The position numbers and the translations under genes were made by a program. A DNA stretch of 64,000 nt, from positions 146,940,001 to 147,004,000 of the forward strand of contig NC_043000.1 in NCBI RefSeq assembly GCF_006345805.1, read 5' to 3'. The notes beneath the pieces were generated by a model. It ran no database searches and was not told the origin of the DNA. It saw only the letters and a list, made by a program, of their open reading frames with translations. The DNA comes from Octopus sinensis. Its lineage: Eukaryota. Of the stretch, positions 1-13,782 are shown in pieces (the stretch's first letter is position 1; every line of letters starts with the position of its first letter).

Positions 1-203
1 AATCGATGCAGATTCTCAAATTATAAAATCATATATAATATTAATTAATTATTGTAGAGAAATATTCTAGTCTTTTTTTTCTTTTCGCTTATTTTTTTCT
101 ACATCTTTTTTCACTTATTTTCTTTTTTTCTCTGTTTCACCCGCTTCTCTCTCCTTCAATATATATCTCAAAGTATGTGTGTGGGCGAACGCTTTTATAT
201 GCG

Positions 204-269
<66 letters not shown>

Positions 270-286
270 TATATATATATATATGC

Positions 287-376
<90 letters not shown>

Positions 377-420
377 TGTGTGTGTAAAGAGAGATAGATA
401 AATATAGATAGATAGATAGA

Positions 421-870
421 TATGTTTCTTTATTAGCCACACAGGGCTGCACACAGATAGAACAAATTACAAGGTAGAGCTTTTCTTTTGAAGGTTTAAA
501 AAAATAAATAAATAAAATAAAAAAGGGGGGGGCGATCAAAAGGGATCGTAAAAGAGGACAAAAAAGGGGGGGGGTTAAAAAAAAGGGGGAGAGGAAAAAA
601 AAATTGATCAATAGGGATCGTTATCACAGAAATGTCAATATGAAGTGTAAAGGGGAGAGGACAGGTGAGGTTTACCCGTGGAAAGAAAAACCTACGGAAA
701 AGACCACGGTAACCTCGGTCAATGAAGTCACATGTTATATTTCTTTTTTTTTTTTGCAAATAAGCAACTCTCTGTATTAATTTTTACGGTTCATAGAATC
801 ATAGTCAAGGTGGCTTCGTCATTCATACGTGCCATCCTTGCTACATTCACCCATCTTTTTTTAAAACATT
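421..870 (-). mobile_element. 3' end of a non-LTR retrotransposon (L1/Tx1-like) inserted in a (GATA)n tract
   Basis: Minus strand encodes ..CFKKRWVNVARMARMNDEATLTMIL* (stop at 791-793), followed by a T-rich 3' UTR and AATAAA at 429-434. (GATA)n lies on both sides. A related tail is at 44786-45030. Confidence 0.6.
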
Positions 871-871
871 C

Positions 872-971
<100 letters not shown>

Positions 972-1022
972 GTACATACATATATGCATACTTATATACA
1001 TGCATACATATTAAATGCCTAC

Positions 1023-1066
<44 letters not shown>

Positions 1067-1069
1067 CTG

Positions 1070-1290
1070 TGGAAGTGCGTGGCTTGATGGTTACGGTGTT
1101 GCAATTGTGGTTTCAATTCTTGGAATCGTCTTGTCCGTGACTAAAACACTTTATTTCTTGTTGTTCAACTTCTCTTAACTGACAAAATGAGTAATCCATC
1201 GATAGACCAGTACCCCATTGAGGTGTGTGGTTAATATATACACCAAAGCATCCAGGGAGACAGTCCTTATGAGCTTATGGCTTGGGAAGG
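1070..1290 (+). mobile_element. Degraded tRNA-derived SINE
   Basis: Decayed A-box (GTGGCTTGATGG) and B-box-like GGTTTCAATTC, followed by a diverged SINE-like body. Confidence 0.4.
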
Positions 1291-1295
1291 ACCTT

Positions 1296-1508
1296 GGGAA
1301 GCAGCTGTGTGGTAAGTAGCTTGCTTACCAACCACATGGTTCCGGGTTCAGTCCCACTGTGTGGCACCTTGAGCAAGTGTCTTATACTATAGCTTCGGGC
1401 CGACCAAAGCTTTGTGAGTGGATTTGGTAGACGGAAACTGAAAGAAGACCGCCGTATATATATATTATATATATATATATACTATATATATATATATAGA
1501 TATATATA

Positions 1509-1560
<52 letters not shown>

Positions 1561-1808
1561 TATAATATGTATGTATGTGTGTATGTTTATGTTTGTGTGT
1601 TTGTGTTTGCCTCCCCCAATATCCATCGCTTGACAACCGATGCTGGTGTGCTTACGTCCCCGTAACCTAGCGGCTCAGCAAGAGAATGCTATAGAATAAG
1701 TACTAGGCTTACAAAGAATAAGTCCTGGGGTTGATTTGCTCGACTAAAGGCGGTGCTCCAGCATGGCCACAGTCAAATGACAGGAACAAATAAAAACAGA
1801 AAAGAAAA
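1296..1808 (+). mobile_element. SINE family A (tRNA-derived head, internal (TA)n/(TG)n, CCAGCATGGCCGCAGTC tail)
   Basis: Matches more than 10 other copies in the window. Pol III A/B-box head, with ACCTTGGGCAAGTG resembling the start of the CORE domain. Confidence 0.9.
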
Positions 1809-1914
1809 CAATCTATTGTGCTATGTTCTCTCCCTCTCTCTTTATCTCTCTCTTTCTATCTCTCTCTCTCTCTCTCATTTATATATATATATATTATACA
1901 TATATATATTATAT

Positions 1915-1948
<34 letters not shown>

Positions 1949-1964
1949 ATATATATATATATAT

Positions 1965-2012
<48 letters not shown>

Positions 2013-2026
2013 TGTATGTATTCATA

Positions 2027-2230
2027 TAGGCAGAATCGTTAGTATGCTGAGCAGAATACTAAGCGTCGTTACATCTGTCTTTGTGTTCTAAGTTCAAATT
2101 CCGCCGAGACGGATTTTGCCATTCATTCTTGCGAAGTTAATAAATTAAGTACCAGTGAAACACTGGGGTCTATGTAATCAACTAATCCCCTCCCCCGAAA
2201 GTTTTGGCCTTGTGATTTTAGTAGAAAGAA
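2027..2230 (+). mobile_element. SINE family B, older subfamily
   Basis: GTTCAAATTCCGCCGAG...TAAATTAAGTACCAG..CTGGGGTC, diverged from the young copies and ending in (ATT)n. Confidence 0.75.
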
Positions 2231-2248
2231 TCATTATTGTTGTTATTA

Positions 2249-2302
<54 letters not shown>

Positions 2303-2320
2303 ATTATTATTATTATTATT

Positions 2321-2850
2321 GAGTGAGAGAGTAGTGCATGCCATCAAAGTGACAGCGCGGTAAAATATACGAAGCCCAGTATACCCATCATAACTTCCCG
2401 TCTGATAACGGTACACTAGGCACATGCATCACAACCATATGTGCGCGACATGGTGATCTCATATCAAGATAAACAGCACATCAGAATTTTCTTCTGATTG
2501 AGTAGCCCATCCTGCACAAAAGGTCCCTGAATAAGGGTTATTTAAGGATGTTGAACAAAAAACACCCATGTTTCCAGAGGTGAATTATTCAAACCCCCAA
2601 AGAATACCTTTCAACACATGGCTATGATGCTCCCCCACTACATCTGCTCGTGAGCACAGATGCACATATCGCCAGCTACCAAGGGACATGCTCAACTGGT
2701 TAAGGTCAAACAACTGACAAGCAAATCTGTGGTATTGAGCAAAATAATTGCTGTAGCCCATCTTTTATACCAAGACAAAACAATGTACATGATAATACTT
2801 CCAATCAGTTAAGATCAGAAGCCATGAGAGCCAATGCCTGATAATGCATC
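2321..2850 (-). mobile_element. ~530 bp non-coding interspersed element embedded in (TAA)n (possibly Dong/R4-mobilised)
   Basis: Complex sequence with sharp boundaries and (ATT)n on both sides, no ORF. Orientation is inferred. Confidence 0.55.
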
Positions 2851-2914
<64 letters not shown>

Positions 2915-2981
2915 CGTAGCTGTCACAAATTCGCGTGCATTGAGCCTTATCAAACTCACCAAACCTATATATATATATATA

Positions 2982-3055
<74 letters not shown>

Positions 3056-3086
3056 CATATAGAGAAATACATACATACATACATGC

Positions 3087-3156
<70 letters not shown>

Positions 3157-3388
3157 GTAGATAGATAGATAGATAGATATACAAGAAGCGGATTGCTAAG
3201 TTGGTGCAATGTAAGCTGTAAATGAAAGCGTGGAAAAATAAAACTTGCATTGTAGTGGCACTGTTCGACACTTTTAACTCTTTTTTGCAACGCTGTTTTA
3301 ATGTACGCAATACGTATGTGGGAGTGGGGTATGTGTATGTGTCTATATGTGCCTATATGTGTCTATATATATGTATGTATACAAGTGT

Positions 3389-3424
<36 letters not shown>

Positions 3425-3435
3425 ATTATATATAT

Positions 3436-3514
<79 letters not shown>

Positions 3515-4077
3515 GTAGATGCATACATGCATACAGCCATGCAGCCATGCAGCCATACACGAATAACTATATATGCATATATATTTTTCTAAAGAGGATC
3601 AACCATTTTCTCTTCATAATTTTTATTCCTTCGTTTTCGTTCTTTCTCTATCTTAATCGAAGAAAGATTTTAAAGAATGCAAACATTCAACTAAATTAAC
3701 ATGATGAGAAATAAATGGCTTTTGCCGCACGCTGACTGATGTAGGAAACCATACCACCTGCTTTTCGGTGATCTATGGTGAGCTGAAACATGGAAAGAAA
3801 GTCAAGAATAATATATATGTTTTAACACACACAAAAAAAGCGATTAACAGAATTGCTGAGAGAAGCCATTTTGGTAAGATATCAAAAGTTGTATACGAAG
3901 ACTAACAAATATGGAGGTAAGACGGTTTTTTTTCTCTATTTTGTTGCACACACGCATTTTTACTAATACATACGCGGTGAAGCTACACATTAGCGTCGTA
4001 TTTTTACGTTCGCTATTTCCAGTAAATATCGGTACTTAGTTGTGCCATTTATTTATTAATTTGTATATATATATATA

Positions 4078-4448
4078 CTAGCAGTATCGCCCGGCGTTGC
4101 TCGGGTTTGTAAGGGAAATAACTATATAAGCATTTTTAGAGATGCAAAGTATAATAGCCATCTCAATATGGCTAACCACAAAGGGGTGGGATGTTACTGT
4201 AGCTTTTTACGTTCTGAGATTTAATAATAAATTTTTAGAGAGTTACTTCCCTTATATATGCCAAAAATGCATTAAAAATTGGAAAAATTAATGGTAAATT
4301 TTTTTTAAATCGTAGACTCATCGTAGAAGGGCTCGATATGAATCACGACTATAAGATACCCGGTTTTGGTTAAACTGCACCGCAAAATGTGGGAGTAGTT
4401 AGGAATCTAGGAGACAGACAGCACACAACCTCTCTTTTATATATAAAG

Positions 4449-4449
<1 letters not shown>
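4078..4449 (-). mobile_element. Non-autonomous Helitron
   Basis: Minus strand reads A|TC...CCCGAGCAACGCCGGG hairpin...CTAG|T, with no TSD. Homologous to 61982-62378. Confidence 0.85.
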
Positions 4450-4487
<38 letters not shown>

Positions 4488-4499
4488 ATATATATATAT

Positions 4500-4666
4500 G
4501 TGCAGGAGTTGTTGTGTGGAAAGAAGCTTGCCTTCCAACTACGTGGTTCTGGATTCAGTCCCACTGCGTGGCACCTTGGACAAGTGTCTTCTACTATAAC
4601 CTCGGGCCGACCAAAGCCTTGTGAGTGTATTTGGTAGACGGAAACTGAAAGAGGCCCGTTGTATAG

Positions 4667-4724
<58 letters not shown>

Positions 4725-4948
4725 TGTGTGTGTATTTGGGTGTCTGTGTTTGTTCTCCGACCAACGCTTTACAACCGATGCTGGTGTGTTTGCGTACTAG
4801 TAACTTAGTGGTTCAGCAAAAGAGACCGATAGAAAAAGTACTAGGCTTACAAAGAATAAGTCCTTGGTTCTATTTCTTCGACTAAAGGCGGCGCACCAGC
4901 ATGGCTGCAGTCAAATGGCTGAAATAAGTAAAAGAATAAAAGAATAAA
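4500..4948 (+). mobile_element. SINE family A (diverged)
   Basis: Full head, internal microsatellite and tail. Confidence 0.85.
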
Positions 4949-4958
4949 TGAATATATA

Positions 4959-4991
<33 letters not shown>

Positions 4992-5098
4992 AGTTTAGTA
5001 TTGTATGTCAGAAAAAGTGTATTCAATATCTTGGTAGAGGTTAAAAATATTTTACTTTGGTTGAATCAGCCTCTTGCTACTCTGAGATTTGAATATAT

Positions 5099-5168
5099 GG
5101 GATCTTTTGCCTGAAGATTTTGTGTGCCTACATGTGAAATTCGGAGTAACAGGAGACTGGAAAGATCC
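5099..5168 (+). ncRNA. Degenerate minimal hammerhead motif
   Basis: CTGAAGA (5111) ... GAAA TTC G GAG TA ACAGG, enclosed by GGATCTTT/AAAGATCC. Stem III/cleavage region resembles 52677-52714. Confidence 0.45.
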
Positions 5169-5771
5169 AAATAATGTACATACATAGATAACACACACCC
5201 ATATACGTGTGCGTGTGTGTTCCTGTGCATGTGTGTGTATGTATGCATATCTATATCCATACAAACATATATATATATATATGGATGGATTGATGGCTGT
5301 ATGTGTGTGTACAACAGTATCAGTTAATCCCTCTTCATTAAGATTGCGTATGTTTTACTTAGAGGCGAAACGATATCATCTATGACTCTTGAATGTTTCT
5401 CGAGCCCCTGAAGACATAGGTGACGAAATGCTAGTGCATCACGACACCGAATGATCTGCAAAGAACTTACTTAAGCTGGAACCTTAAAATAGCGTGAACT
5501 CCGACAGAAGTTTCGAAGGTGGGTGTTAAACTTTGCCGCTGGTTACGTTTACAGTCTTACTTGCACACTTAAGTTTATAAGTGACAAATACGTGTGAAAT
5601 AATTAGCAAGTCTCTCGCGACCATATTGAAGCAAAAAGAAAACAATACATTACAAAATATAATCCAAGACAGCAATAAATACTTAGGACCGTTGTAGTTG
5701 ATTGAGGTTTGATAATAGTTCTGACCGATCGAGTTCACTAAATAAAAGCAGCAACAGTAATCCAACGAGAA

Positions 5772-6217
5772 GGCGACGAGCTGGCAGAAACGTTAACATG
5801 CCGGGCGAAACGATTAGCGGTATTTCGTCTGCCGTTACGTTCTCAGTTCAAATTCCGCCGAGGTCGACTTTACCTTTCATCCTTTCGGGGTCGATTACAT
5901 AAGTACCAGTTGCGCACTGGGGTCGATATAATCGACTTAATCCTTTGTCTGTCCTTGTTTGTCCTCTCTGTGTTTAGCCCCTTGTGGGTAGTAAAGAAAT
6001 AGAAACGTTAACACGCCTGGCGAAATGCCTAGCGGTCTTTCGTCTGTCTTTACGTTCTGAGTTCAAATTCCGCCGAGGTCGACTTTGCCTTTCATCCTTT
6101 CGAGGTCGATAAATCAGGTACCAGTTACGCACTGGAGTCGATGTAAGTGACTTAATCCCTTTGTCTGTCCTTGTTTGTTCCCTCTATGTTTAGCCCCTTG
6201 TGGGCAATAAAGAAATA
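5772..6217 (+). mobile_element. SINE family B head-to-tail dimer
   Basis: A full unit plus a 5'-clipped unit, inside one 16-bp TSD AGTAATCCAACGAGAA (5756-5771 and 6218-6233). Confidence 0.92.
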
Positions 6218-7765
6218 AGTAATCCAACGAGAAATTGATGATAAAGTGAATTTTGCAATATTCTTCAGCAAATCAGCAAAAACTTTATAAGGAATTTCGG
6301 TTGTTCTGCTGGGTATTTTTTTTTTTTTTTGGCGGGGGTGAGTCTTTTTCTTAAAATCTGTTGAAACATATTGGGAATTACGTACGGAAAGTCTTTCGTA
6401 TGTAACTTATAATTATTTCCTGTTCTATTCTTTCACATCGTCCTTTTAATTTTCATCATTAATGGTTAAGGATCTTTTCGGTTTGGTTGCAGTGGCTCCA
6501 AATATTAAAGTTTACCGAAAATTTTAAAATTTAACACAATGATACACTTGCCCAAACTGAATTGCTGAAGTTATTTCAATTTTTCCAGAAAAATGTTTTT
6601 AAAAGATTATAGAGGTTTAAAGTTTGATTATTTCCATCCAATCAGGAAACAGGATTTCGATACTGTCATTTTGTGCGTGACTGCACATTTTGTAGTCAAT
6701 ATTCTGAGAATAGCAGGTGTTGTCAATCTCTGTAAACAACACATGTTATATCTCCGGTAATTTTGTTTCACGTAAATAAATCTTTATGTTAATTTAAAAG
6801 AGACAAACAGTTAGTTTTAAATATTTGAGCGAGATGTTCGCAAATAAAATTTAATTTAAAAGATTTATCCAAACAAATCTTATTTAGCTGTTATTTTTTG
6901 TACATCTCACAACCACCTCAATGCTCTATGACAAAAAGAAACAAACATTAAACAAACAATTTAAATATGTTTAAATACAATTTAAATATGCATACAAAAA
7001 TCCTGTCTGGTCTCGTGACACACTCCTCCGAAAACGCACTGTTCAGGTAGGACTCTACCTCGGTTGACTGCTGTCAACACGCGCGTCCTCGCAGACTTTT
7101 CAAAAACTGTTACTATGGCAACAGACAAGAGCGTTCTCGTGTTCCGTTTATTACTATCGAAACAGGCATGAATGTGTCTGTGGCTTGCGATAGGCTAAAA
7201 TCACCAAAATTTTCAAACTTTAATAACAAATAACTCTTTATTTATGATTTATAGCGAAAATTACTTTCATTAATTAGGCTATTAAGGTGTACCATTACAC
7301 TAAATATGAAATCAATTCAAATAGAAAATTGACACTGGCAGCCGCTGGCAACCAATCAGAAAACATCCATGTTTGATACATAGATATTCCTTTAAGGAGG
7401 TAATATTTTTGCAAGCGGAAAAATATATGTTGAACAACAAAAGTTTGTACCTTTTCTTTATCTTTTTCTGATATTGTGACATTATTTTATTTCTATATTT
7501 CCTCTCTCCCTCTGTTTTTAGGTGAAAACAAACATCTAGCAAACTGATACTGCGCTGTATTGTGAACGCACAAATGGTTTCGAATAGAAAGAATATAATG
7601 ACAATATAGATATTTTATCACAAAACTGGCCAGGGAAACACCCTTCTTTAGAAGTATATGCTATATAAACAGCGCCTGCAAAGATCGCAGTATTTTCAAT
7701 TTGGCACCAAACTACTCAAAAAGTGTATGTATATGTACACATACACAAAATACATATACAATGTC

Positions 7766-7885
7766 GGCCATTTAAATTGTATTTTCTCTCCTGCGACTCG
7801 ATTTTCACCGCACTGCAATCAACGGGTGAAGTGGCCTTTTTTGCACAGCTTCGGGATAAGTCTCGATGTATTGCACCGAATTTAT
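7766..7885. repeat. Diverged dispersed repeat, copy 1 (copy 2 at ~10627-10745)
   Basis: GGCCATTTAAATTG..GGTGAAGTGGC..TCGGGATA..GATGTATTGCA shared between the two copies. Confidence 0.75.
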
Positions 7886-7888
7886 AGG

Positions 7889-8793
7889 TATGTATGTATG
7901 TATGTATGTATGTATGTATGTATGTATGTATGGTATGTATGTATGTATGTATGTATGTATGTGTGTATGTATGTATGTATGTATGTATGTATGTATGTAT
8001 GTATGTATGTATGTATGTATGTGGTGTGTGTGTATGTATGTATGTATGTATGTATGTATGCTGCATGTATGTATGTATGCATGTATGTATGTATTATGTA
8101 TGTATGTATGTATGTATGTATGTATGTATGTATGTATGTATGTGGTGTATGTATGTATTATGTATGTATGTATGTATGTATTATGTATGTATGTATGTGT
8201 GTGTGTGGTGTGTATGTATGTATGTAGTATGTATGTATGCATGCATGTATGTATGTATGCATGTATGTATGTATGTATGTATGTATGTATGTAGTATGTA
8301 TGTATGTATGCATGTATGTATGTATGTATGTATGTATGTATGTATGTATGTATTGTATGTATGTGTGTGTGTGTATGTATGTATGTATGTATGTATGTAT
8401 GTTATGTATGTATGTATGCATGTATGTATGTATGTATGTATGTATGTATGTATGCATGTATGTATGTATGTATGTATGTATTATGCATGTATGTATGTGT
8501 GTATGTATGTATGTATGTATGTATGTATGCATGCATGTATGTATGTATGCATGTATGTATGTAGGTATGTATGTATGTATGTATGTATGTATGCATGCAT
8601 GTATGTATTATGCATGTATGTATGTATGTTATATATGTATGTATGTATGTATGCATGTATGTATGCATGTATGTATGTATGTATGTATGCATGTATGTAT
8701 GTATGTATGTATGTATGTATGTATGTATGTATGTATATGTATGTATGTATGCATGTATGTATGTATGTATGTATGTATGTATGTATGTATGTA

Positions 8794-8824
<31 letters not shown>

Positions 8825-10200
8825 ATGTATGTATGCATGCATGTATGTATGTATGCATGTATGTATGTATGTATGTATGTATGTATGTATGTATGTATGC
8901 ATGCATGTATGTATGTATGCATGTATGTATGTATGTATATATGTATGTATGTATGTATGTATGCATGTATGTATGCATGTATGTATGTATGTATGTATGC
9001 ATGTATGTATGTATGTATGTATGTATGTATGTATGTATGCATGCATGTATGTATGCATGTATGTATGTATGTATGTATGTATGTATGTATGTGTGTGTGT
9101 GTGTATGTATGTATGTATTGTATGTATGTATGCTGCATGTATGTATGTATGCATGTATGTATGTATGTATGTATGTATGTATGTATGTATGTATGCATGT
9201 ATGTATGTATGTATGTATGTATGTATGCATGTATTATGTATGTATGTATGTATGTATGTATGCATGTATGTATGTATGTATGTATGTATGTATGTATGTA
9301 GGTATGTATGTATGTATGTATGTATGCATGTATGTATGTATGTATGTATGTATGTATGTATGCATGTATGTATGTATGTATGTATGTATGTATGTATGTA
9401 TGTATATATGTTTGTATGTATGCATGTATGTATGTATGTATGTATGTATGCATGTATGTATGTATGTATGTATGTATGTATGCATGTATGTATGTATGTA
9501 TGTATGTATGTATGTATGTATGTATGTATGTATGTATGCATGTATGTATGTATGTATGTATGTATGTATGTATGTATGTATGTATGTATGTATGTATGTA
9601 TGTATGCATGTATGTATGTATGTATGTATGTATGTATGTATGTGTGTATGTATGTATGTATGTATGTACGTATGTATGTATGTATGCATGTATGTATGTA
9701 TGTATGTATGTATGTATGTATGTATGTATGTATGTATGTATGTATGTATTATGCATGTATGTATTATGTATGTATGTATGTATGTATGTAGGTATGTATG
9801 TATGTATGTATGTATGTATGTATGTATGTATGTATGTATGTAGGTATGTATGTATGTATGTATGTATGTATGTATGTATGTGTGTATGCATGTATGTATG
9901 CATGTATGTATGCATGTGTGTATGTATGTATGTATGCATGTATGTATGTATGTATGTATGTATGTATGTATGTATGTATGTATGCATGTATGTATGTATG
10001 TATGTATGCATGTATGTATGTATGTGTGTATGTATGTATGTATGTATGTATGTATGTATGTATGTATGTATGTATGCATGTATGTATGTATGTATGCATG
10101 TATGTATGTATGTGTGTATGTATGTATGTATGTATGTATGTATGTATGTATGTATGTATGTATGTGCATGTATGTATGTATGTATGCATGTATGTATGTG
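7889..10200. repeat. ~2.3 kb (TATG)n microsatellite with CATG/TG interruptions
   Basis: Directly visible; it generates the spurious MYVC/HTYI ORFs. Confidence 0.99.
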
Positions 10201-10230
10201 TGTGTATGTATATGTATATATATATATATA

Positions 10231-10273
<43 letters not shown>

Positions 10274-10418
10274 TATATATATACAAAATTTAAAGGACTG
10301 TCCTCTTTTAGTGGTCAGTCCTTTAAATTTTGTATGTAAAAAATATTTTAATTTTCGGATTTTTTAATATGCTAGGCCACTGGTTTTAATTGATTAATAT
10401 CAATTTCTACCCTTATTC

Positions 10419-10481
<63 letters not shown>

Positions 10482-10626
10482 TAAGTGGTTAAAGTTTCTA
10501 TATCTGTATGTATGTATATATATATCTATATGTATGTATGTTTATATATATATGTGTGTTGAAATATTATATCATAGTCAACAATGAAAGAGGAACGTGG
10601 TGCTAAATGCCTGATGCAAAGTAAGG

Positions 10627-10745
10627 CGGCCATTTAAATTGCATTTTTTCTCCTAGGGCTCGCTTTCGCTGCGCTGCAATGAACAGGTGAAGTGGCTTTT
10701 TTACACCTTTTCGGGATAGGTCTTGATGTATTGCAGCGGATTTAT
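10627..10745. repeat. Diverged dispersed repeat, copy 2
   Basis: Same orientation as and similar to 7766-7885. Confidence 0.75.
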
Positions 10746-11498
10746 TCTTTCGTGCGTGACTGTAGACTCGTTAATGCTCTTCTCCTTATTGGCGTATTCC
10801 AAGGTTTCCATGACCCTGCTTGTCTATTTCGTAATCGGAATATAATTACGTAATCAAGAAAACAAATCCAAAATACTACAAAAAGCTGATTGCATGTTCG
10901 TCGCATTAACATGAACTCCTATCGTGAGAAAACGTATTTACTTTGAATATACTATGCATGCGTGTATATGTGCATGTGTATGTACTGAAGTTTTGTGTGT
11001 GTGTACACTATGTTTCACATTCACTGAGAACCTGTGAAGTATGGAATATTAACGAATTACGAATGATCAATTTGTTTCAACTAGTCCCCTTGAAACCTTC
11101 AATTCTAATTGTAATAGAAACTTCTATGCATTCATGAATGAATCATTGATGGACCTAATTGCAACTTGGTTCTCGGATACTCTGTGTTCATACATCATAA
11201 CCTATAAAAAAAATTCGAAGGTTTTGTAATTCACATGGAAGGATTGTTATTGCTAAAACGTTCATCCCTTATCACTACTGCTTTTTGGTCGGGGCGATTT
11301 ACATACTACCTAACACTACAAGGATTGAATCCTGCATGTACTCTCTCACAGAGGAAGAAATTTGGCACTCAGTCTGTTTTGTATATAAAAATTTAACATC
11401 TTCAGTCAGCAATCGCTAAGTAATCCACCATTGTTTGTCAACGCAGAAGATTTTACTAACTGCCTTGATTTAAGTAGAAGGTAAGTCAGCCAACAAAA

Positions 11499-12204
11499 TC
11501 TATATATATAAAGCTGAAGTTGTCTGTGTGTGTGTGTGTGTGTGTGGTGTGTGTGTGTGTGTGTGTGTGTGTGTATCAGGTTTGGTAGCCTTCAACTATC
11601 ACAAACTCCACCGAGACCTTGCGGCGCAAGTTGACCAAAATTGAGAGTATGATAGAAGAAGGCTTGCTCTTCATTCCTTAGAAGAAGAAAAATTCAAATC
11701 GGACCATGTTATGACCAAAAATTATTTACATCAAAAAGGTGCTTTTTTTCCATGAAATTCCCTATTTTTTACGATTTTTTAACTGCCGTGTCGCCATTTT
11801 TCGGTGAATCTTCAAAATAACATTTTTGGGGGTTTTTTGTAACCACAAACTGTTCTTACTAACGTTTTGTATTTTCCTGTACTTTTTCTTAATGAATACT
11901 GTTGCAGTGTTAACTTCTTAATAGATTTTCGGTGCAGTTCGAAACTTGAGCTTCATTTTGCTTTAAATCTACGGGTAATTTTTTTCTCCATTATGTTAAT
12001 AGAAGGAATATTAACGAACAATACCAACAATTGAAGTCGGAATTACACATTAGCGGCACATTCAGAGCAACCTCGAGCATCTCCACACTACACTTTTATA
12101 CATAGATTGAAACTGTGTCAAAACTTTGTTAATGCGACATCAAAGTCTGCCGTTTTAAGCGCAACTAAAAAACAAACCCGAGCAACGCCGGGCTATACTG
12201 CTAG
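11499..12204 (+). mobile_element. Non-autonomous Helitron
   Basis: A|TCTATATATATAAAG...(TG)n...AAACCCGAGCAACGCCGGG hairpin, then CTAG|T. Confidence 0.85.
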
Positions 12205-13782
12205 TGAGATGATATTTTTGATCATATTCTGTGCTGTAACAAATCTAAAATATTTCTACTTCTCAGTTTATAGCACCAATAGTGACTGAATTTTCTGCTG
12301 TATGATAATATTAGAAACATGTTTGGTTTTACAAAAGAGAAATATCTCGTAATATATGACACCACCTTAAATCAGTTGAATATCGCAAAGGGGGAGGAAC
12401 TTTACCAGGATCCTCCTTCTTAATACTTGACAATTGCAGGAGGAATGCTGCTTCTTCTTTCAACTGAAGAAAAGTAAAAACGTTTACTAAAGCAATACAT
12501 AACTAATCATGTGGAGAGTCATGCAAAAAAAAAATTACGTCGTCAAACTAAAACTTGGCAAGCAACAAGCCCAGCAGCAATAAATAATGGATCACTGTAA
12601 ATTCTCGTTCACACGCCTTCTCTCCTTCCATCCTTTCTATCTATCTATATAACTGTTTATCTTTATATTTACTTATCTATCTACCTACCTATCTATTAAA
12701 TCTCCTATATCTTCGTCATTAAACATAATCTAAATGCACACACAGCAACAAAAGAAAACATCTGCCAGGTGTTTGCAGAAAAGTATTATTTATCAATTGC
12801 TGAAAAGCAGCAAGCAATGAGCAAATTACCTCTGAGCTATTATAATGCAAACCATATCATGAAAATATTGGTGACCACGCCACCGCTCCCAAATCACAAC
12901 CCAGTCAGAGTATTCAAGGATTCTAATAAGATTTACTAGTTAGTCTCTTGCATCAACTTTCATTTGTGACGTACTAACAAACAAAAAAAATGATAGCAAC
13001 TAAGATGCCTATACATAAAAGGTATTATAGAATTGATCTATACATGTATTAATATGCAACACAATTAGCAAAAGAGTTAAATAAAGTCTATAACCAGCTG
13101 CTGAGCTAATTACTTGACAAAAAAACACTCATGTTTAGAAGACAATTCTGCTACCCAGCAAAACATCGCACTGTAAATCTTTTCACACTCTCAGACACAA
13201 AATTGCTTCCTAATCTTAGAGCACAAGTGATGTACGATCACTCTGGACAACGAAGATATCAAAATATCTTGAAGAAAGCGCGCCAAGTGACTAGCTATTA
13301 GACACTCGGGAGGTGATATTTTAGAGCGATGGTTTTAGCAATAAAATTACTTTTACGGAACCTTCTACTATACATTTGGATTATAAGATTCCTGTGAAAA
13401 AAAAAGATTGTAATTCTTGTTGTGACTTTAGCCCTTTACTGTAAGCAAGAGAGCTGAAAAGAAGCTTAAATTGCCACCTGAAATAGCACGGAAACTGGAT
13501 ACAGAAGATAGGGCCACAGTCTACTACGAAGAAGTAATGAAGAATATACTTTGCTCTTCTGGATAAATACTTTACACAACACATTGAACTAACCTCCTGT
13601 AGTTCAAATGGGAGTTTTAGATATGATTGCAGTTGAAATGGTCAATGTTGCGAAAACAAAAAGCTGTCCTTCATAGGTCTACATCACAGAAGATTAGTTG
13701 CTGCTAGAACAGTGCTCTACGAAATGGAAACAAGCTACAACCCATGGTGACTTAAAGTAATATTACTACTGCAATAAGGTGG

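Noticed and set aside
6485-7345. Possible MITE
   Set aside because: MITE-like composition, but I could not establish convincing TIRs or a TSD.
7658-10367. Long ORFs up to 649 aa (MYVC/HTYI repeats)
   Set aside because: Translations of (TATG)n, open in many frames on both strands.
10669-10720. Faint histone H3-like peptide (ALQ*TGEVAFLHLF)
   Set aside because: Too short, contains a stop, and has no flanking similarity.
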